Shown piece after piece: positions 1 to 14,005 of a stretch of DNA of 64,000 nt. Both the position numbers and the translations under genes were made by a program. The number at the start of each line of letters is the position of its first letter. Within the stretch, counting starts at the first letter, position 1. A model generated the notes under the pieces. It saw only the letters and a program-made list of their open reading frames with translations. It was not told where the DNA came from and did no database searches. Source of the stretch: Octopus sinensis (Eukaryota); the NCBI RefSeq assembly GCF_006345805.1, contig NC_043003.1, positions 27,094,001 through 27,158,000 of the forward strand, read 5' to 3'.

Positions 1-520
1 AGACAAGAGGTGGTCCTACTTGACAAATGCTTTTCTCATATAGTTATCGGCGATCTGATCCAAGCAGTATTTTGTCATTTCTTTCATTGAGTACTCAATC
101 ACATCATCGTCATAGAATAGCTCAAATAATTCCACTTCATTAAAATCCCTGTATTTTGAATAGTTACACCCAGGAAAAACGGAGGGCATCACTTGTATTT
201 TAGCCTTTTTCCAAGTAATTTGGCATTTTTTTCTTTTTTTTCCCCGCACATGAAGCCTGTCCAGTTTCAGCAGAACTTTCTTTCTGTACCATTTCGTTAT
301 CTTTTATTTTCGTACTTCGTGATTGCAACACTGTAGGGGCGCGAAGTTGGTTACCTGAGAGATGTTGAGTGTGTTGAACGGTGTCAGCAGCTTCTTTTCC
401 TGAATCCTCATCTGTTAATTCAATAACTTCCGGAGGTTCAATGAAAATATCATATTAGCCGTCATCTTCCTATTCAAGAATACTCAAAATTTCATTTAAA
501 GACTGTTCACGTTTCCTGAA
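1..520 (-). mobile_element. piggyBac-like transposase N-terminal relic
   Basis: ORF 16..249(-) contains ELFELFYDDDVIEYSMKEMTKY, resembling the piggyBac/PGBD N-terminal motif LFxLFFddxxlxxivxeTNxYa. The upstream part is acidic, low complexity and degraded. Confidence 0.55.
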
Positions 521-1175
521 AAAAATACACAATAGTGAAAAACTAGAAACTTTAGCACTCCGATGTGCAGACTTCCACCAAGCAGCATGCCCCTCTCCTA
601 TCCCCATAGTTTGGTTTACACTGGATCACCTCCAAACTCTAAACATGTGTTCCTTGAACATTTCCTGAAAATTTAATCAAAATCCATCCATAACTCTTAC
701 ATTTATGTTGCTAACAAACAGACGCCGGCGAAAACATAGCATCTTTGGCGGAGGTAATAACACATATAATACGAGAAACTTATGCCTCCATTGTTGAAAG
801 TTCATGTTCAAAAGAAAAAACCCAAAAATATAGGAAATAGCACATGTTGTACTGTGTATTTTCTCGCGGTGCCATATGGCACAGTAAAATAATTCAACAA
901 AACAAACGTTACTGCAATAGATCTTATGCGAACACATACAATTCTAATTATAATTCTAGACTATATGAATCAAAATGCCAAGAAGTTATTAATTCAATGC
1001 TTAAATGTTGTAGAAAGTATAGCGCTAAATCCTAGTATAACATCTAAATAAAATAAAAAAACAGAAAAAAAAACAAAGAAAGATAAAAAAGGAAAAGAGA
1101 GTAAAGGAGTGGTAAAGTAGCAGAAGGTGGATGTCAGAGGACAATTGACTACACACCCCGGAACAATTGACGTGC

Positions 1176-1420
1176 TCAACCGCGCCACGTAATTATGGCC
1201 GTGATGGCATTGCCGCGGAGAACGGCCAACGAAATACGTTGCCGCAGCCACTTTACCTCGCAGGGCTCATTTCTCTGACGGGTCGCCGTTATCTCGATTT
1301 TGCCGAGGGAATCGGTCGTACGGGATCCTAGAACACCTGACACCTCGATGGCGATCGGCACAAACGGGTAGCGGCCATTCATATCCCTATATCAATCGAT
1401 TGTTCTCTCCTTCGCGTTAC
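1176..1420 (-). mobile_element. CRE-like non-LTR retrotransposon 3' end (restriction-like endonuclease C-terminus)
   Basis: FVPIAIEVSGVLG...WLRQRISLAVLRGNA matches the FvPfavEtxGxwg...lxQRisiaiqRGNA C-terminal motif typical of CRE-clade elements. Confidence 0.7.
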
Positions 1421-1736
1421 GGGTGGTTCCCAACTGAGGTCCACATGACCCCCTAGGGGTCCATGTAAGCTTTTGGGAGTCCACATAAGCAAAGTAGTAA
1501 GTTAGGTCCCAAATAATATTTTATGGGTGCATGAAAAACTTTTCTTTAGATGTATTTAATGCAAGAAAAAGCTAGGTTTCAACCTTAACAAGAAAATGAG
1601 TGATAAAAAGGAAGAATAATTTTGAAAGAAGTATCTATTACACCAGTTTTCAAACATTGAATAGCTATGGGGGTCCACCAGGATAAAATAGAAATCAAAG
1701 GGTTCCTTAGATTTAAAAAAATGGTTGAGAACCACT
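1421..1736. mobile_element. hAT (Charlie-like) non-autonomous MITE
   Basis: Termini GTGGTTCCCAAC ... GTTGAGAACCAC form a Charlie-type TIR pair, with internal GGGGTCC(A) subterminal motifs. Confidence 0.7.
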
Positions 1737-2199
1737 TTTCTAAACTGATACCGCATGTTTTGCTTGTCCGTGTTCTGTTTCATAATGTACACCCATGCTT
1801 ATAATATTTTCATGTGGGATTAAAAACAATACAAATTAATGTTTTGTGACGTATATTTGCCATTTAAATATGGCTAACCCCTAAGGGTGGATGCTACTGT
1901 AGTTTGTAGTCCCAGGAGGACACCTCCTCCAGCTGGCTATAGACACACTTTCTGTGCCCTATCAGTATTTGCAAAGGGAAGCCATCCTTCCCGTCTCCAA
2001 CTTATGATACACACAAACTCGAGTTTCTGGATATTGACCCGTCATCGGCGTGTGACAATCACAGTTGTCGATGAAAAGTAGGTTCCCTTCACAAATACTT
2101 TGTTATTGTTTTAAGATTTTAAATAAACTTCGTAAAATAGCTCACGCGCACACATACGCACATATACGTACATATAAATACTCAGATATACGCACGTAT

Positions 2200-2233
<34 letters not shown>

Positions 2234-2975
2234 ATTCCAAGAAAGTTAGGGGTTGTGGGTCCAACCCACTAAGGGATAATAGTTATCCAATATACTGATG
2301 GTATAATACCCAATTATTAATGCACAAGTGTTTTTAATTGCATTGCAATTAACTTACCTATCTTATTAAATGGGTGAAGGTAAAGAGATATTTTACCATT
2401 AATTTATATTGCAAATAAGAAAATGGAGAAGCACAATAGTTGGTTCATCAACTTTAGGACATTAAAATGTTAACTTATTTTTTTATTAAAATGATAATTA
2501 TAATAGCATACATACATATAGTATATTATTCTATGCGTATAAAATAAGAATACAAGCAATTATTAAAAAATATGAATATAAATGATTAAAATCACTTACA
2601 GCTGTTTCAGCCTATAGATAAAAGCATCTCATTCTGCCTATATTAGTCAAATGTATTGAGGTAATAGGCAGTTGAAAATTAGATACTTATATATATCTCT
2701 AGGCCTCGTCAGAGATTATAAAGTACAATCATAAAAATATAAATACATACATAGTATTTATATCAAAGCCGCCAATGCAGAATTAAGCATTAATAATTAA
2801 TAGATTTCTTTCTATAAGACAATAGAATGTGTGTAGAGTCATATATAACTTTACATACGTTAGATATCTGCACACCTCCAGTAATACAGGTATACATATA
2901 CACGCACTAATCTATGGACGATTACACAGCTAAAATTGTATTCATATATAATTAAGTAGTTGCAAATAGAATATT
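2234..2975 (-). mobile_element. Penelope-like element pseudo-LTR fragment
   Basis: Begins at a (TA)n tract, contains a hammerhead motif, and shares sequence with 31670-31960 and 32296-32369. Confidence 0.6.
2590..2718 (-). ncRNA. Type-I hammerhead ribozyme motif with long stem II
   Basis: Minus strand reads CUGACGA-GGCCUAGAGAUA...UAUCUAUAGGCU-GAAAC-AGCU-GUA. Stem II has an inner UGCCUAU/AUAGGCA helix, and stem I is short. Confidence 0.75.
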
Positions 2976-2976
2976 A

Positions 2977-4240
2977 TATTGAGTTGGCAACTAAGTTCCC
3001 GGCGTTTTTTTTAAATTTTGGAATTTATCGTGTTTTTAAATTTTGGAATCTATTTTTTTCGAGAATTCTGTTTTTGAATCATTTTGGAATCTATTTTGTT
3101 TTTGTTTTTGTTTTTTCTAATTAATTTTAGTTAATTTTCGTTTATTTTTAGATCATTAAAATGGAATGTCAAGTTAAGAAAAACCAGCATTTTCGACAAC
3201 TCCTTTTTGCTTTTAATCACTGTTCTAAGGCCGCAAAAGCTGCTCGCGACCTTTGTACTGTGTATAGAGAGGGTGCCATAGCTGAAAGAACCGCTTGTGA
3301 TTGGTATGCCAAGTTCAAAAATGGAAATTTTGACCTCAAAGACGCACCTCGTTCTGGCCGTCCAGTTGAGTTCGATGAAGAGCGATTAAACCAACTTTTG
3401 CACGAAAATTATTGTCAAACGACAAGGGAACTGGTAGAGAAAATGGAATGCTCCTACACTGCTATAGAGAAGCATCTTCACTCGATGGGAAAGGTTCAGG
3501 TGTATGGAGCATGGGTTCCGCATGCTTCAAGTGAAACAACAAAAATCAACGAACCACAATCTCCGCTGGTTTGCTTGCTCGTCACCGCTCAACTCATGGA
3601 CACAAGCAGCGATTTCTTTACCGAATCGTTACTGGTGACGAAAAATGGTGCCTGTACATCAATATGAAGCAGCGTAAGGAATGGCTTAGCCCCTGTAAAC
3701 AAGCGATACCGTGCGTGAAACAAGATCTTCATCCGCATAAAACGATGTTGTGCATATGGTGGGACTGGAAGAGATTACCCATTACGAATTGCTTGAACGA
3801 AACCAAACGGTCAACGTGGAACTCTATGTTCAATAGATGGAACGACTCAACACGGCTATTCAAGAGAAAAGACCTAATCGGCAGCATGGAGTTCTGCTGC
3901 ACGACAACGCCCGCCCTCATATCGCCAATACGATCAAGGAAATCATTCAAATGCATGGCTGGGAAGTGCTGCCACACAGGCCGTACTCTCCTGATTTGGC
4001 ACCAACGGATTTCCACCTCTTTCGATCTCTTTCAAATGCTATGCACGGAGTTTCGTTCAATACTGATGCAGAATTGAGAGCTTGATTGGATCAATTTTTC
4101 GAGTCGAAATCGGGTGATTTCTACCAACGAGGTATTGAAAATCTTGTTGAACATTGGGAAGAAGTTGTAAACAACAAGGGTGAATGCATTATTGATTAAT
4201 TAGTTGTTATTTTTTATTAAACCTTTTAAAATATTCAAAT
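2977..4240 (+). mobile_element. mariner transposon, frameshifted transposase, right TIR lost
   Basis: ORFs 3161-4085 carry HTH (WYAKFKNG..DAPRSGRP), WVPH, IVTGDEKW, LHDNARPH and PYSPDLAPTDFHLF motifs. Left TIR TATTGAGTTGGCAACTAAG follows TA. Confidence 0.92.
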
Positions 4241-4244
4241 TTTT

Positions 4245-5770
4245 TTGATAAACTATGGATTCGTAAGGATCGAACAGATCACCTCAATTCCAGTAGGAAG
4301 TTCTGACTTCGCTGAAGCCTCGGATTGGGTCGGAATTTATGATGTATCCAAACTTAAAGACAATTCCCTTATATATTCGCTGGTTTATATCGTAATGATT
4401 ACCTACTTTACAAAATATTTCTAATCAAAAACTACAAAACGTTAAACGTGATTTAGTCAAATTCTTTAGTAATATGGGATTAATTATTTCCTTTGATGAT
4501 AGAACTAAGGTTTACTTCCTCGAACTTACACTAAACTTAAATACGGCCTTGCATTTCCCACACCATAAACATTCTACTAACCTGAAATACATAAGTGTCT
4601 TTTGTAATCTCCATAACAATATAATAAAAAAAACTTGGTTAAAAACATATCACTTAGTATTTCGAAATTATCCGCCAACGAAACCGTTTTCAATAGTAAC
4701 GCTGACTTTAGTAAAGCAGAATATAAGGAACAGATAAAATATTATAACCACCTTGGCCCCAACTATATCAGTAGTAATATATATAACAATATCTGATATA
4801 ACAATATAACTGATATAACAATATCAGTAGTAATAACAATAATAGACGCAATAACAACAAGATTACTTATCTTGATCTTACCATTATCAATATTCCAAAT
4901 AATACCCAATATCATCAAAATAACCATTCTCCTTACCCTCGCAATCCTAAAAATAATCAGTCGAAGGGAAGTAACCATGCTTCTACTTCCTTTTTAAGAT
5001 ACAGTAAGAACTTTAGGCTTTTTGATAATAAATCTCGCAATCACACAATCCTAATAAAAAATATTTGGTTGATTATTCCGTACGGTAAACAATTAAAAAG
5101 TAAGCTTCCAGTATTATTTCGTCAAGCTTTAGAAAGAAACTTCCCTATTAATTCAAGGTACCACTCGATTTTCAATATAGGCCGTACAAGATTAGGTTTC
5201 TCTAACACCAACAACGTCTCACAAATTACATCTTCACATAATAGCCGTATCCTAAGAGGTTGCAATTTCTCTCCTAATAAGTCTAGTAACCTTGTTAACA
5301 CTAAAATAATATTAACGATAATCTCTTCTTAAATGGTAACATCAATGTAACCAGTATTTGCAATTGTGGACTTATTAAAACGTGTGTCCCAAATGGAAAC
5401 TAGCGAATTAAAAATGCCATATGCAAATGCAAAGTTATCTCTGGTAACAAGGAATTACTTTATATAGGTCTATCCTCTGCATTTTTGAAATCCAGACTGG
5501 CTAACACTTCTCTACCTTCAAATACAATCGAAAGCGTAACTCCAATGGACTTAATAAACTAATCTGGCACCTTAAAGACTCTAGCAAACTTTTCTGCAGA
5601 ATCGAAAATTTTATCTAGATCTTTTCCCTATGATAAAGGGGAATCTGTCACCTTTGTACGGAAGAGTAATATTTTATTCTCTTTTCCAAACATAAACTGG
5701 TGAACAGATTTACGGAGATGGTTTGCAAGTGTTCACACTTGAAAAACATTCCTTATGTTTTTTCAAATAT
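4245..5770 (+). mobile_element. Penelope-like retroelement (Naiad-type) RT C-terminus plus GIY-YIG, degraded
   Basis: Motifs in order: FLELTLNLNT..HK..LKYI (RT thumb); IIPYGKQLK..FP..YHSIFN..RLGFS....I.SHN.RIL linker; CNC..C; LLYIGLSS; LIWHLKD; C.LC. Multiple stops and frameshifts. Confidence 0.8.
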
Positions 5771-6336
5771 TATCTACCCATTACTTAATAATTTTCTACA
5801 AATTATCTTTTCGTTATTCTTCTATCTCACTTCCCATAATATTTATTCCTCCTTTTTCTCTCTCTTCTTACCTTTATCTCTTCAATTTTGCTCGTTGCTT
5901 TCTCCTCTCTTCCCTTTTTATTTTGTTTTCTCTTCCCCCCCCCCGCCCCATTGCTATCTTTCTATACCCTTTCTTCTTTTCTCGCACTAGGAAGTATATT
6001 TCCTTAACGACACTTTAAAATTTTTAGCGTTCCCTCAATACTTGGCTTTCCATATATGTATATGCGTATATATATGGTTTTGCTCTTGTATGTATGCTAC
6101 GTTTGTATACAAACGTGTATATGTGCTTCAGTAAATGTGTATCTGTGTATGTAAGTAAGTGTTTGCGTCTATATATATTTTGCGAAGTGTATGCTTTTGT
6201 GCGTGTATGTATGTGTGAGTGTGTATATGTTTGCATACATGTTCGTGCTGGTAAAACATAAATATGATAGATATGTATATATATGCGTGTGCGTATATAT
6301 GTATATATATATATATAATATATATATTATATATAT

Positions 6337-6379
<43 letters not shown>

Positions 6380-6386
6380 TTGTATA

Positions 6387-6434
<48 letters not shown>

Positions 6435-6438
6435 ATAT

Positions 6439-6640
6439 ATAACGGCAAAGTTTACGAAAATAAACAAAAGACGAAGGCAGGTGGAGTACAAACAAACAAA
6501 TGTATTAGTATAGCGCTCAGGAATGGAAATAGAAAAAGTCTTTTACGTTTCAAGCCTACGCTCTTCGACAGAAAGATACACGGAAAAAAAAAGACAAGGA
6601 GAGAAACAAGGAGAGGAAAAAATGCGTGTAGGAGCTATAG
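6439..6640 (-). mobile_element. PLE 3' pseudo-LTR fragment (family with A6U hammerhead-like core)
   Basis: Near-identical to 36700-36900, 61978-62175 and, inverted, 38990-39162. Abuts (TA)n. Confidence 0.7.
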
Positions 6641-6647
6641 ATGTTTG

Positions 6648-7006
6648 TGTATGCATGTTGCATATATGCAAGTGTATACGTCACATTTTCTAGCGTTTCC
6701 TATATCTGTGAAAATGTCTATTTTATGAGTGTTGTTTATATCTTCCCTGATAAGATTGATGCTTAACTGACCATAATTCTTTTTGTTGGACGTATTTTGA
6801 ATGCATCCATCAAAACATATATAGGAGATATGCAGATATAAATGTTTTCATAGCAACCTGAGCGCTTGTCTCCTCTATCAATATTTCCTATTTTCTCTTA
6901 AATACGACTTACTTATCCCGAATCAAACCCCACACAAGGGTGATCATTGTTTCCAAGGACACATAAGCAACATTTAGCTACGTTGTAATTATTGCCTGGA
7001 TCGTTC

Positions 7007-7085
<79 letters not shown>

Positions 7086-7347
7086 CCCGTGTGTGTTTAT
7101 ATATTCATGTATGTATGTATATATACGTATGGACATATTTAAGCGCACATATACATACACACATATAGATATGCACACAAACAATTCACACATTATTCTA
7201 TGAAAATCAACAGCTGTTTCTATTGAGTTACTAATATATAAACGATCTCCTTCTCTCGCCCTCCTCCTTTTGAACAGAACCAAACAATTTTATTTATTCA
7301 TCAGTTGATACCATCTGCCGTTCGATCCATACTTCTTTATTGGTTGA

Positions 7348-7351
<4 letters not shown>
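6648..7351. repeat. Copy 1 of a ~0.7 kb local direct duplication
   Basis: Nearly identical to 14450-15199 except in the embedded microsatellites. Confidence 0.9.
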
Positions 7352-7384
<33 letters not shown>

Positions 7385-7730
7385 CTTCTTCTTCTTCTTC
7401 TTCTTCTTCTTCTTCTTCTTCTTCTTCTTTTCTTCTTCTTCTCTTCTTCTTCTTGTCGTTGTTGTTGTTGTTATTATTTTATCTTTTTTTATATCTTTAT
7501 TGTGGTCAATAGCGTCGTACATAAAAAAGTTTATAACTGTGTAAGCAGTACATTTCCTTCATTACACACCTACACACACACGCGCGCACACATATACACA
7601 CACAGACGAATTGTATGAAATCGTATTTATCATTATTTATCATAATTTATCATACATACATACATGCATACATACATACATATACATACATACATACATA
7701 CATACATACATACATACATACATACATACA

Positions 7731-10700
7731 TGATGGCCGCCCACTCGTGACCGAGTAAAACCATTGCCGACCTTCAGGAACATTGTGCGCTCTAGGACTA
7801 ACTTATATTTTGCATTTGCGGTTCCGTTGGTGGCTAATGAGCCCTGCTCTTGACAAGCATACACGACTGCAAACATTGCAGACCAAGCTTTCCCCATTCA
7901 CTATACGAGCCGTGCGCTTTCGTGCAGCTCGCTTAAGTTCTTCATGCTGGATACGTGCTCTCTCAAAAGTGTCGATCCCCTCCTTAACCTGCTTCCGCCA
8001 TCTGTGGCGATGACAGGCATTGTTCTCCCAGTCAGTGTCCTGCATATCACAGGCCTTTAATGAGGACTTGACACAGTCCTTAAATCGCAGCCTTGGTTTC
8101 TGCCGGAGTCTCCTTCCATTCACAAGTTCTCCATAGAGCATCTGCTTATGAATCCTTCTATCCTCGATTCTAATAAGGTGTCCAGTCCAATGCAACCGGT
8201 GCTTGTGCACCATCGCCTCAATACTCAAGATATCAGCTGTTCTCAGGACCTGTGTGTCTGGAATTTTTGAGGTCCAGCCAACATTGAGAATGTGTCTGAG
8301 ACATCTCTGATGAACGCGTTCAAGGACCCTTACCTGACGTTTGTACAGAGTCAATGTCTCACATGAGTAGAGGAGCGATGTCAGTACACATGCACGGTAC
8401 ACAGCAACTTTTGTTCGCCTTGCGATGCCATGTTGGGACCAGACACGAGACTGAAGAGACCGGAGGAAATTAGTTGCTCTCTGCAACCTGAAAGATATTT
8501 CCTCATCCAGGGAGCAAGAACGGCTGAGTGTGCTGCCCAGGTAGACAAACTTGTCTACTACCTTCAGAATTATTCCTTCAACCAAGATAGCTGGTTCCAT
8601 ATATGGATTTCCTGGTGCAGGCTGGAACATTACAACAGTCTTGTCCAGGCTAATGCTGAATCCAAATGCCTTGCAAGAAGCAGAAATGCAATTCATGAGT
8701 ATTTGCATGTCATCCACTGTATGAGTGACTAAGTCACAGTCATCTGCATAAAGGAGGTCACGAATAATAGACTGGGAAACCTTTGAATTGGCAGCAAATC
8801 GGCGATGATTAAAGAGGCGGCCAGTAGATCGATATCCGACATATATTTCCAGAGCTAACCTTAGCAAAAGCATGAGTAAAATCAGCAACAAAGTACAGAG
8901 AAAAGAGAGTTGGGGCAAGGATGTCACCCTGCTTGACACCATTCTCCACAGGAATGGGTCCCGCCATGGCACCACCAACACTGACCCAAGCCTCCATCCC
9001 ATCATGAAATGATTTAATTATAGATACAAAGTGATCCGAACATCCAAGTTTGCCAAGTATTTTCCATAGAAAGCCCCTATTTACAGTATCAAAGGCCTTC
9101 GTTAAATCAATGAATACCTGGACAAGATCCATATTCTGCTCATAGCACTTCTCCTGCATCAGTTTTGCTGTGAAAATCATATCCATTGTCCCTCTACCAG
9201 ATCGGAAGCCACATTGAGATTCAGATAGGACATCATTTACGAGACACCCATTCAGACGGGTAAGAAGAATATTTGCCAGAACCTTGCCAGCAGCTGATAG
9301 TAGAGCAATACTTCTGTAGTTACCACACTTTGTTCTGGCTCCTTTTCCCTTTATATAGAGGAAGAATAATTGCATCCTTCTAGTCCTTAGTGATTGCACC
9401 ATCTCTCCAGACTGCACTAATAAGTTCATGAAGGGATTGTGTGATGTAATTACCACCAAATCGCAACACAAGTTCCATTCTTTCCAGGTGCCCTACCAAG
9501 ATTCAATTTACTTATTGACGTCATTACTTCATCTACTGAGGGCGGGGAGTCTAAGGAGCCAATGATAGGTCTTTGTTGCATAGTATCAATCACTGTTTCA
9601 TCCACAACTGACTCATGGTTTAGGAGTTCAGAGAAGTGTTCGATCCAGCGACCTGTGATTTCTGTTCATTTAGTAAACAGAGTGGAAAACTCCTTGGAAA
9701 GCAAAGGAGCTGATGTGGAGCTCTTAGGTCCATAAGCTCGCTTCATAAGGTGGTAAAGCTTCTTGCTGTCATTTGCATCAGCAGCAGCCTGAACATCACG
9801 AGCAAGATCCTCCCACCAAGTGTTCTGCATCTTCCTGAGAGATCGCTGCAGTAGTGATTTTACACTGTTATAGTGGGAAAGTACTAGACTTCACTGCACA
9901 GTAGACAGTTCTCTGTGCAGCAACACATTGTGGGCATGGCGCTTTACCACTAATAGTCGCTGAATTTCAGCATCATTCTCATCAAACCAGTCTTTGCGTC
10001 TGGCAGTAACATATCCCAGTGTTTCGGCTGCACATTGAACAACCTGGTCTCGAAAATCTTCCCATGCTGCAGCAGTTTCAATACTGGACAAGCGAGTCTG
10101 AAGCTCTTTCCTAACCACAACATCATATACCGTGTGGACATTTAGACGGCGAGGAATGCTGACTGGTCCTCTTCTCTCTTTCGCCCTAATCACCATTCGG
10201 AACTTTGCTCGCACCAGACTGTGGTCTGTCCAGCATTCTGATCCATGCAAGGATTTGACATTACAAATGTAATAAATGTCGCGCTCGCGGATGATGACAT
10301 AATCCAGCAAGTGCCAAACTTTGGACCTTGGATGCATCCATGTTGTTGTGTGATCACCTTTGTGCACAAAATGAGTGCTTGCAATGTAAAGTCCATGTTC
10401 TTCGCAAAGCTCCAGTAGCATGAGACCATTGCTATTCATTTTCCCTACTCCAAAACGTCCTAGAGAGTTCCATGTTTGCCAGTCTGTTCCAACCCTGGCA
10501 TTAAAATCCCCCAGTAGAATGACTTTATCAGAATTGGTGATTTTTCTAAGAATGGCTGTCAGCTGGGTATAAAAGATTGTTTTATCTTCATCACAGCTAG
10601 TCAAAGTAGGTGCATAGGCACTTATTAGAGTAGCAAACCGCTTACCTTTCAAGTGCAACCGTAGGGTCATTATACGTTCATTTATAGGAACAGGGAGCTC

Positions 10701-11928
10701 TTCCAACTTCTTAAGGATATCAGATCGGACTGCAAAACCAACACCAGCCTCTCTGCGCTCCTCCTTCTGCCTTCCTTTCAAAAAAAAAGGTGTATCCACC
10801 TCCTACTTCCTCATGCTGACCATCACCTTCTATAGGAGTCTCTGAGAGTGCAACTATATCAATTTTATAACGGTTCAGCTCACGAGCAACAAGTGCAGTG
10901 CGTCTTTCAGGCCTACAATCACTCTTGTTGTCCAACAGAGTGCGCACATTCCAATATGAAATGTTTAAGTTCCGTCCAGATTTTATAGATAAAAGACTCT
11001 TTGTTTTTCGAGCGCAGGGTGGACATCCGTCAGTCGCGCTAAACTGACCAGATATGGAAAGACAGGCAATTTTTGGTTCACCTTTTCTAGAACCTCCCCG
11101 GTCTTCGGGTGAGTAGTGCCCTCTCCAAATGGAGCTGCTCAGATACCCATGAAGCAACCGAATCCTACCGCTGTCTTGTACGACAAGGAGACGACTTTAT
11201 ATCTAGCATGGGCCGCCTACGAGCAGGTCGCTGACTACATGCTTCCAACCCGTCAGGTCTGCATGCTTCACCACCTTCCCATCGCCGCAGGACTTCCGAA
11301 TAAAAAAATAAAAATATATACTAAAAATGAAGAAAATATATACTAAAAATAAGATAAATATATATAGAGGAAAAAAATGCACATATCGAGCAGAGGTCGG
11401 CAATGCCTGTGCAGAGTTTTAGGTCCAATAAGGCTTGCACAACACCTCATAGACCCTCTCCACTTTATTCACATTATCTAGAGACAAGCCGGAGCAAGAT
11501 GTCTGGTGCCAATATGAGTCGCAGGCTCAGGGATGTTGGAGCGCCGTGATCTCTAGCACAAACCAAAGATCCCCAAAATGTCCAATGCCATTCCCTGCAT
11601 ATCTGGTTTTATATCAGTGACCTTCTCTTAGAGACATGCTTTAACAAAAGCTGAGGGGCGCCTCACTCCCAGTGGTCTTTCAGCACGCCGGACACCATCT
11701 CGGAATTTCTGCGTACCCGTGCTAACATTTATTTGACTCTCAAGAAGTCCTCCGCCCTTTGACGGGTTTTGTTTTTCATCCCGCAGGTTGTCCAATAAAC
11801 ACCCTCCTCACCAAGCAAGCTTGGTGGGGTTGCCGGTTTAGTCGCCGACGACCCGACCATGCAACAGGTTGCACTGGATTACATGTTACCAGTAGCACTC
11901 GAAAGTGACCTGACATAACATAGTGCTA
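7731..11928 (-). mobile_element. RTE-clade LINE, near full length, frameshifted
   Basis: APE domain (SYWNVRTL, ALSET, GVGFAV, SAYAPT, LGDFNARVG, LLDY, TDH), RT (ESQCGFR, FIDLTKAFDTV, GVKQGDILAPTLF, LYADD, YLGS) and a C-terminal CxxC..H zinc finger, spread over ORFs 11157-7803. Flanked by (CATA)n on both sides. Confidence 0.95.
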
Positions 11929-12057
11929 CATACATACATACATACATACAATACATAGTTAGTATATGCGCGAGGTGACATACATAAAGCAAAGCCTACA
12001 AATCTGCACATACACATACATACAATACATAAATACATACATACATACATACATACA

Positions 12058-12091
<34 letters not shown>

Positions 12092-12250
12092 GTATATGCA
12101 CGAGATGACATACCTAAAGCAATTTGAAACGTTTATATTAATTTAGCATTAGAATTCTTCAAGTTGTATAAAAATAGTTATTGTTTGCATAATTCGAAAG
12201 AGAAATAAATTCTGCATAAGGTGTAAAAGATAAAAATAATTTGTATGGTA

Positions 12251-13909
12251 TCTCTTATTATAAAAGGCAGATTTTATCTGCCTCCCTTTGTAACTTATAG
12301 AAATCTACAATATAGGATTTCTTCAATTACAATTTACCTAGCATTTTTAAGAGTAGAATGCATCGGGTCATGCCAGGTCCAGTTTTTAAAATTTAAACTC
12401 CAATTAAGCAAAATTTACAGAAAACTCACATTCTGGTGTGTATGTCAAATGCTTTTCTTAATGTGGTTTACACCACACGCACACGCACACACACAGTGTG
12501 CAACGAATAAAATGAAAGTAAATAGCGACAGAGTGATTTGAGGAAGACTAAACTGAAAGTATTTAAACCACTACTCAAAAAAAAAAAAAAACATAGCAAA
12601 CAGAAACAAATAAATACATAACGATTTACTCCTCACACATTTCTTCAATTAGAGTTTACCTAAGATTTTTCAAAGTACTCCATTCGGTCATGCCATAATA
12701 TATTTCTTTCAATTTCACCCCCAATTAAGACAAAATTCGAGAAAACTCAATATTTTAACATTTCACTCCGAAAGCATTGATGTACATGTGTGCGTGCGTG
12801 AGTGTGTGCGTGTGTGTGTTTGATAGGTTGTGCGACACAGAAAGTGTGGTGTGTAAGTGAAGTGCTTTTGTTAGTGTGTGTAAAGAGACAGAGAGAATGA
12901 AAGACAGAAATAACTGAACTTTTTTTATTCACTTTTTGTAGTGAGTGACTGAGAGAGAAAAGAGAGAGAGAGGTTATGTATGTATATATGTATGTATGGC
13001 TTCAGTGACACACACACACAAAAACACATACCTACGTACACCTAAAGCACGCACACACACACACACAAGCGGAGCGCGAACTTCAAAATTTTGGTAGTAT
13101 TAATTTGCGAGCGTACTTCTAAGCGCGCGTAATTGAAAGTTTTCACTATGATATCATCACGTGCGAAAAAATTCGAAGGGTTTTGAACAATTGAGATACA
13201 GATGTCACGCCTGTGTTGAAACCCTTGCTAAGCTGCCGTAATTGCTTAATTAAGACTTTGTTTAAATTGAAAGGGGCAAATATGTGACGAGGTTGAAAAA
13301 AAATACCCCAGAAAAAAAAATGTACTGCTGGTATTTATATAATTCACCACTATTTTGCTACAATGTCATGAAAAAGAAAAAATTTAGGTATGTAAATCGA
13401 ATTCGCCACCCCCTTTTCCCCGTTCGCGTTTGTGTAAAAAAAATTATTATTTAAGTTTTTTAAATTATTTACTTTGTTCAAAAAATATTAATATTAATTA
13501 ATTTTCAAGAATTATTTAATTTTATTCTGTAAAATAGTAATTAATTCATTTATCTGTAAATCCGCGAGGTTGTTACTCAGGCACCTAGAATGGTAACCTT
13601 CAACTAACACTATCTCCTCCGAGACCCTGCGGCGCAAGTTGACCAAAATTGAGAGTATGGTAGAAGAAGGGTTGCTCTTCCTTCCGTAGAACATAAAATT
13701 CAAATCGGACCATGTTAACACCAAAAATTATTTACATCAAAAAGATGCTTTTTTCTATGAAAATCCCTATTTTTTACGATTTTTTCACTGCTGTGTCGCC
13801 ACTTTTCGGTGTATTTCGACCAGAAAAATGTTCACAAAATTTTTACTTTTCAAAATTACAATTCCAGCGGGTCGAAACAAACACGAGCAACGCCGGGCGA
13901 TACTGCTAG
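12251..13909 (+). mobile_element. Non-autonomous Helitron
   Basis: 5' A|TC...TATAAAA start, 3' hairpin CGAGCAACGCCGG then CTAG|T. The 3' ~350 bp match 57141-57490 inverted. Confidence 0.75.
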
Positions 13910-13974
13910 TTAGTAACAAAATATTTTCTAAGAAACAGAACTTTTATCATCAGTCTTAAATTTTTTTTTCGCCA

Positions 13975-14002
<28 letters not shown>

Positions 14003-14005
<3 letters not shown>

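Noticed and set aside
5355-5410. Selenocysteine recoding at the stop in the Naiad Cys motif
   Set aside because: The stop is TAG, not TGA, and the copy is generally degraded.
6024-6728. ORFs rich in YI/HT/VC/MYVC repeats here and throughout the window
   Set aside because: Translations of (TA)n, (CA)n and (TATG)n microsatellites.
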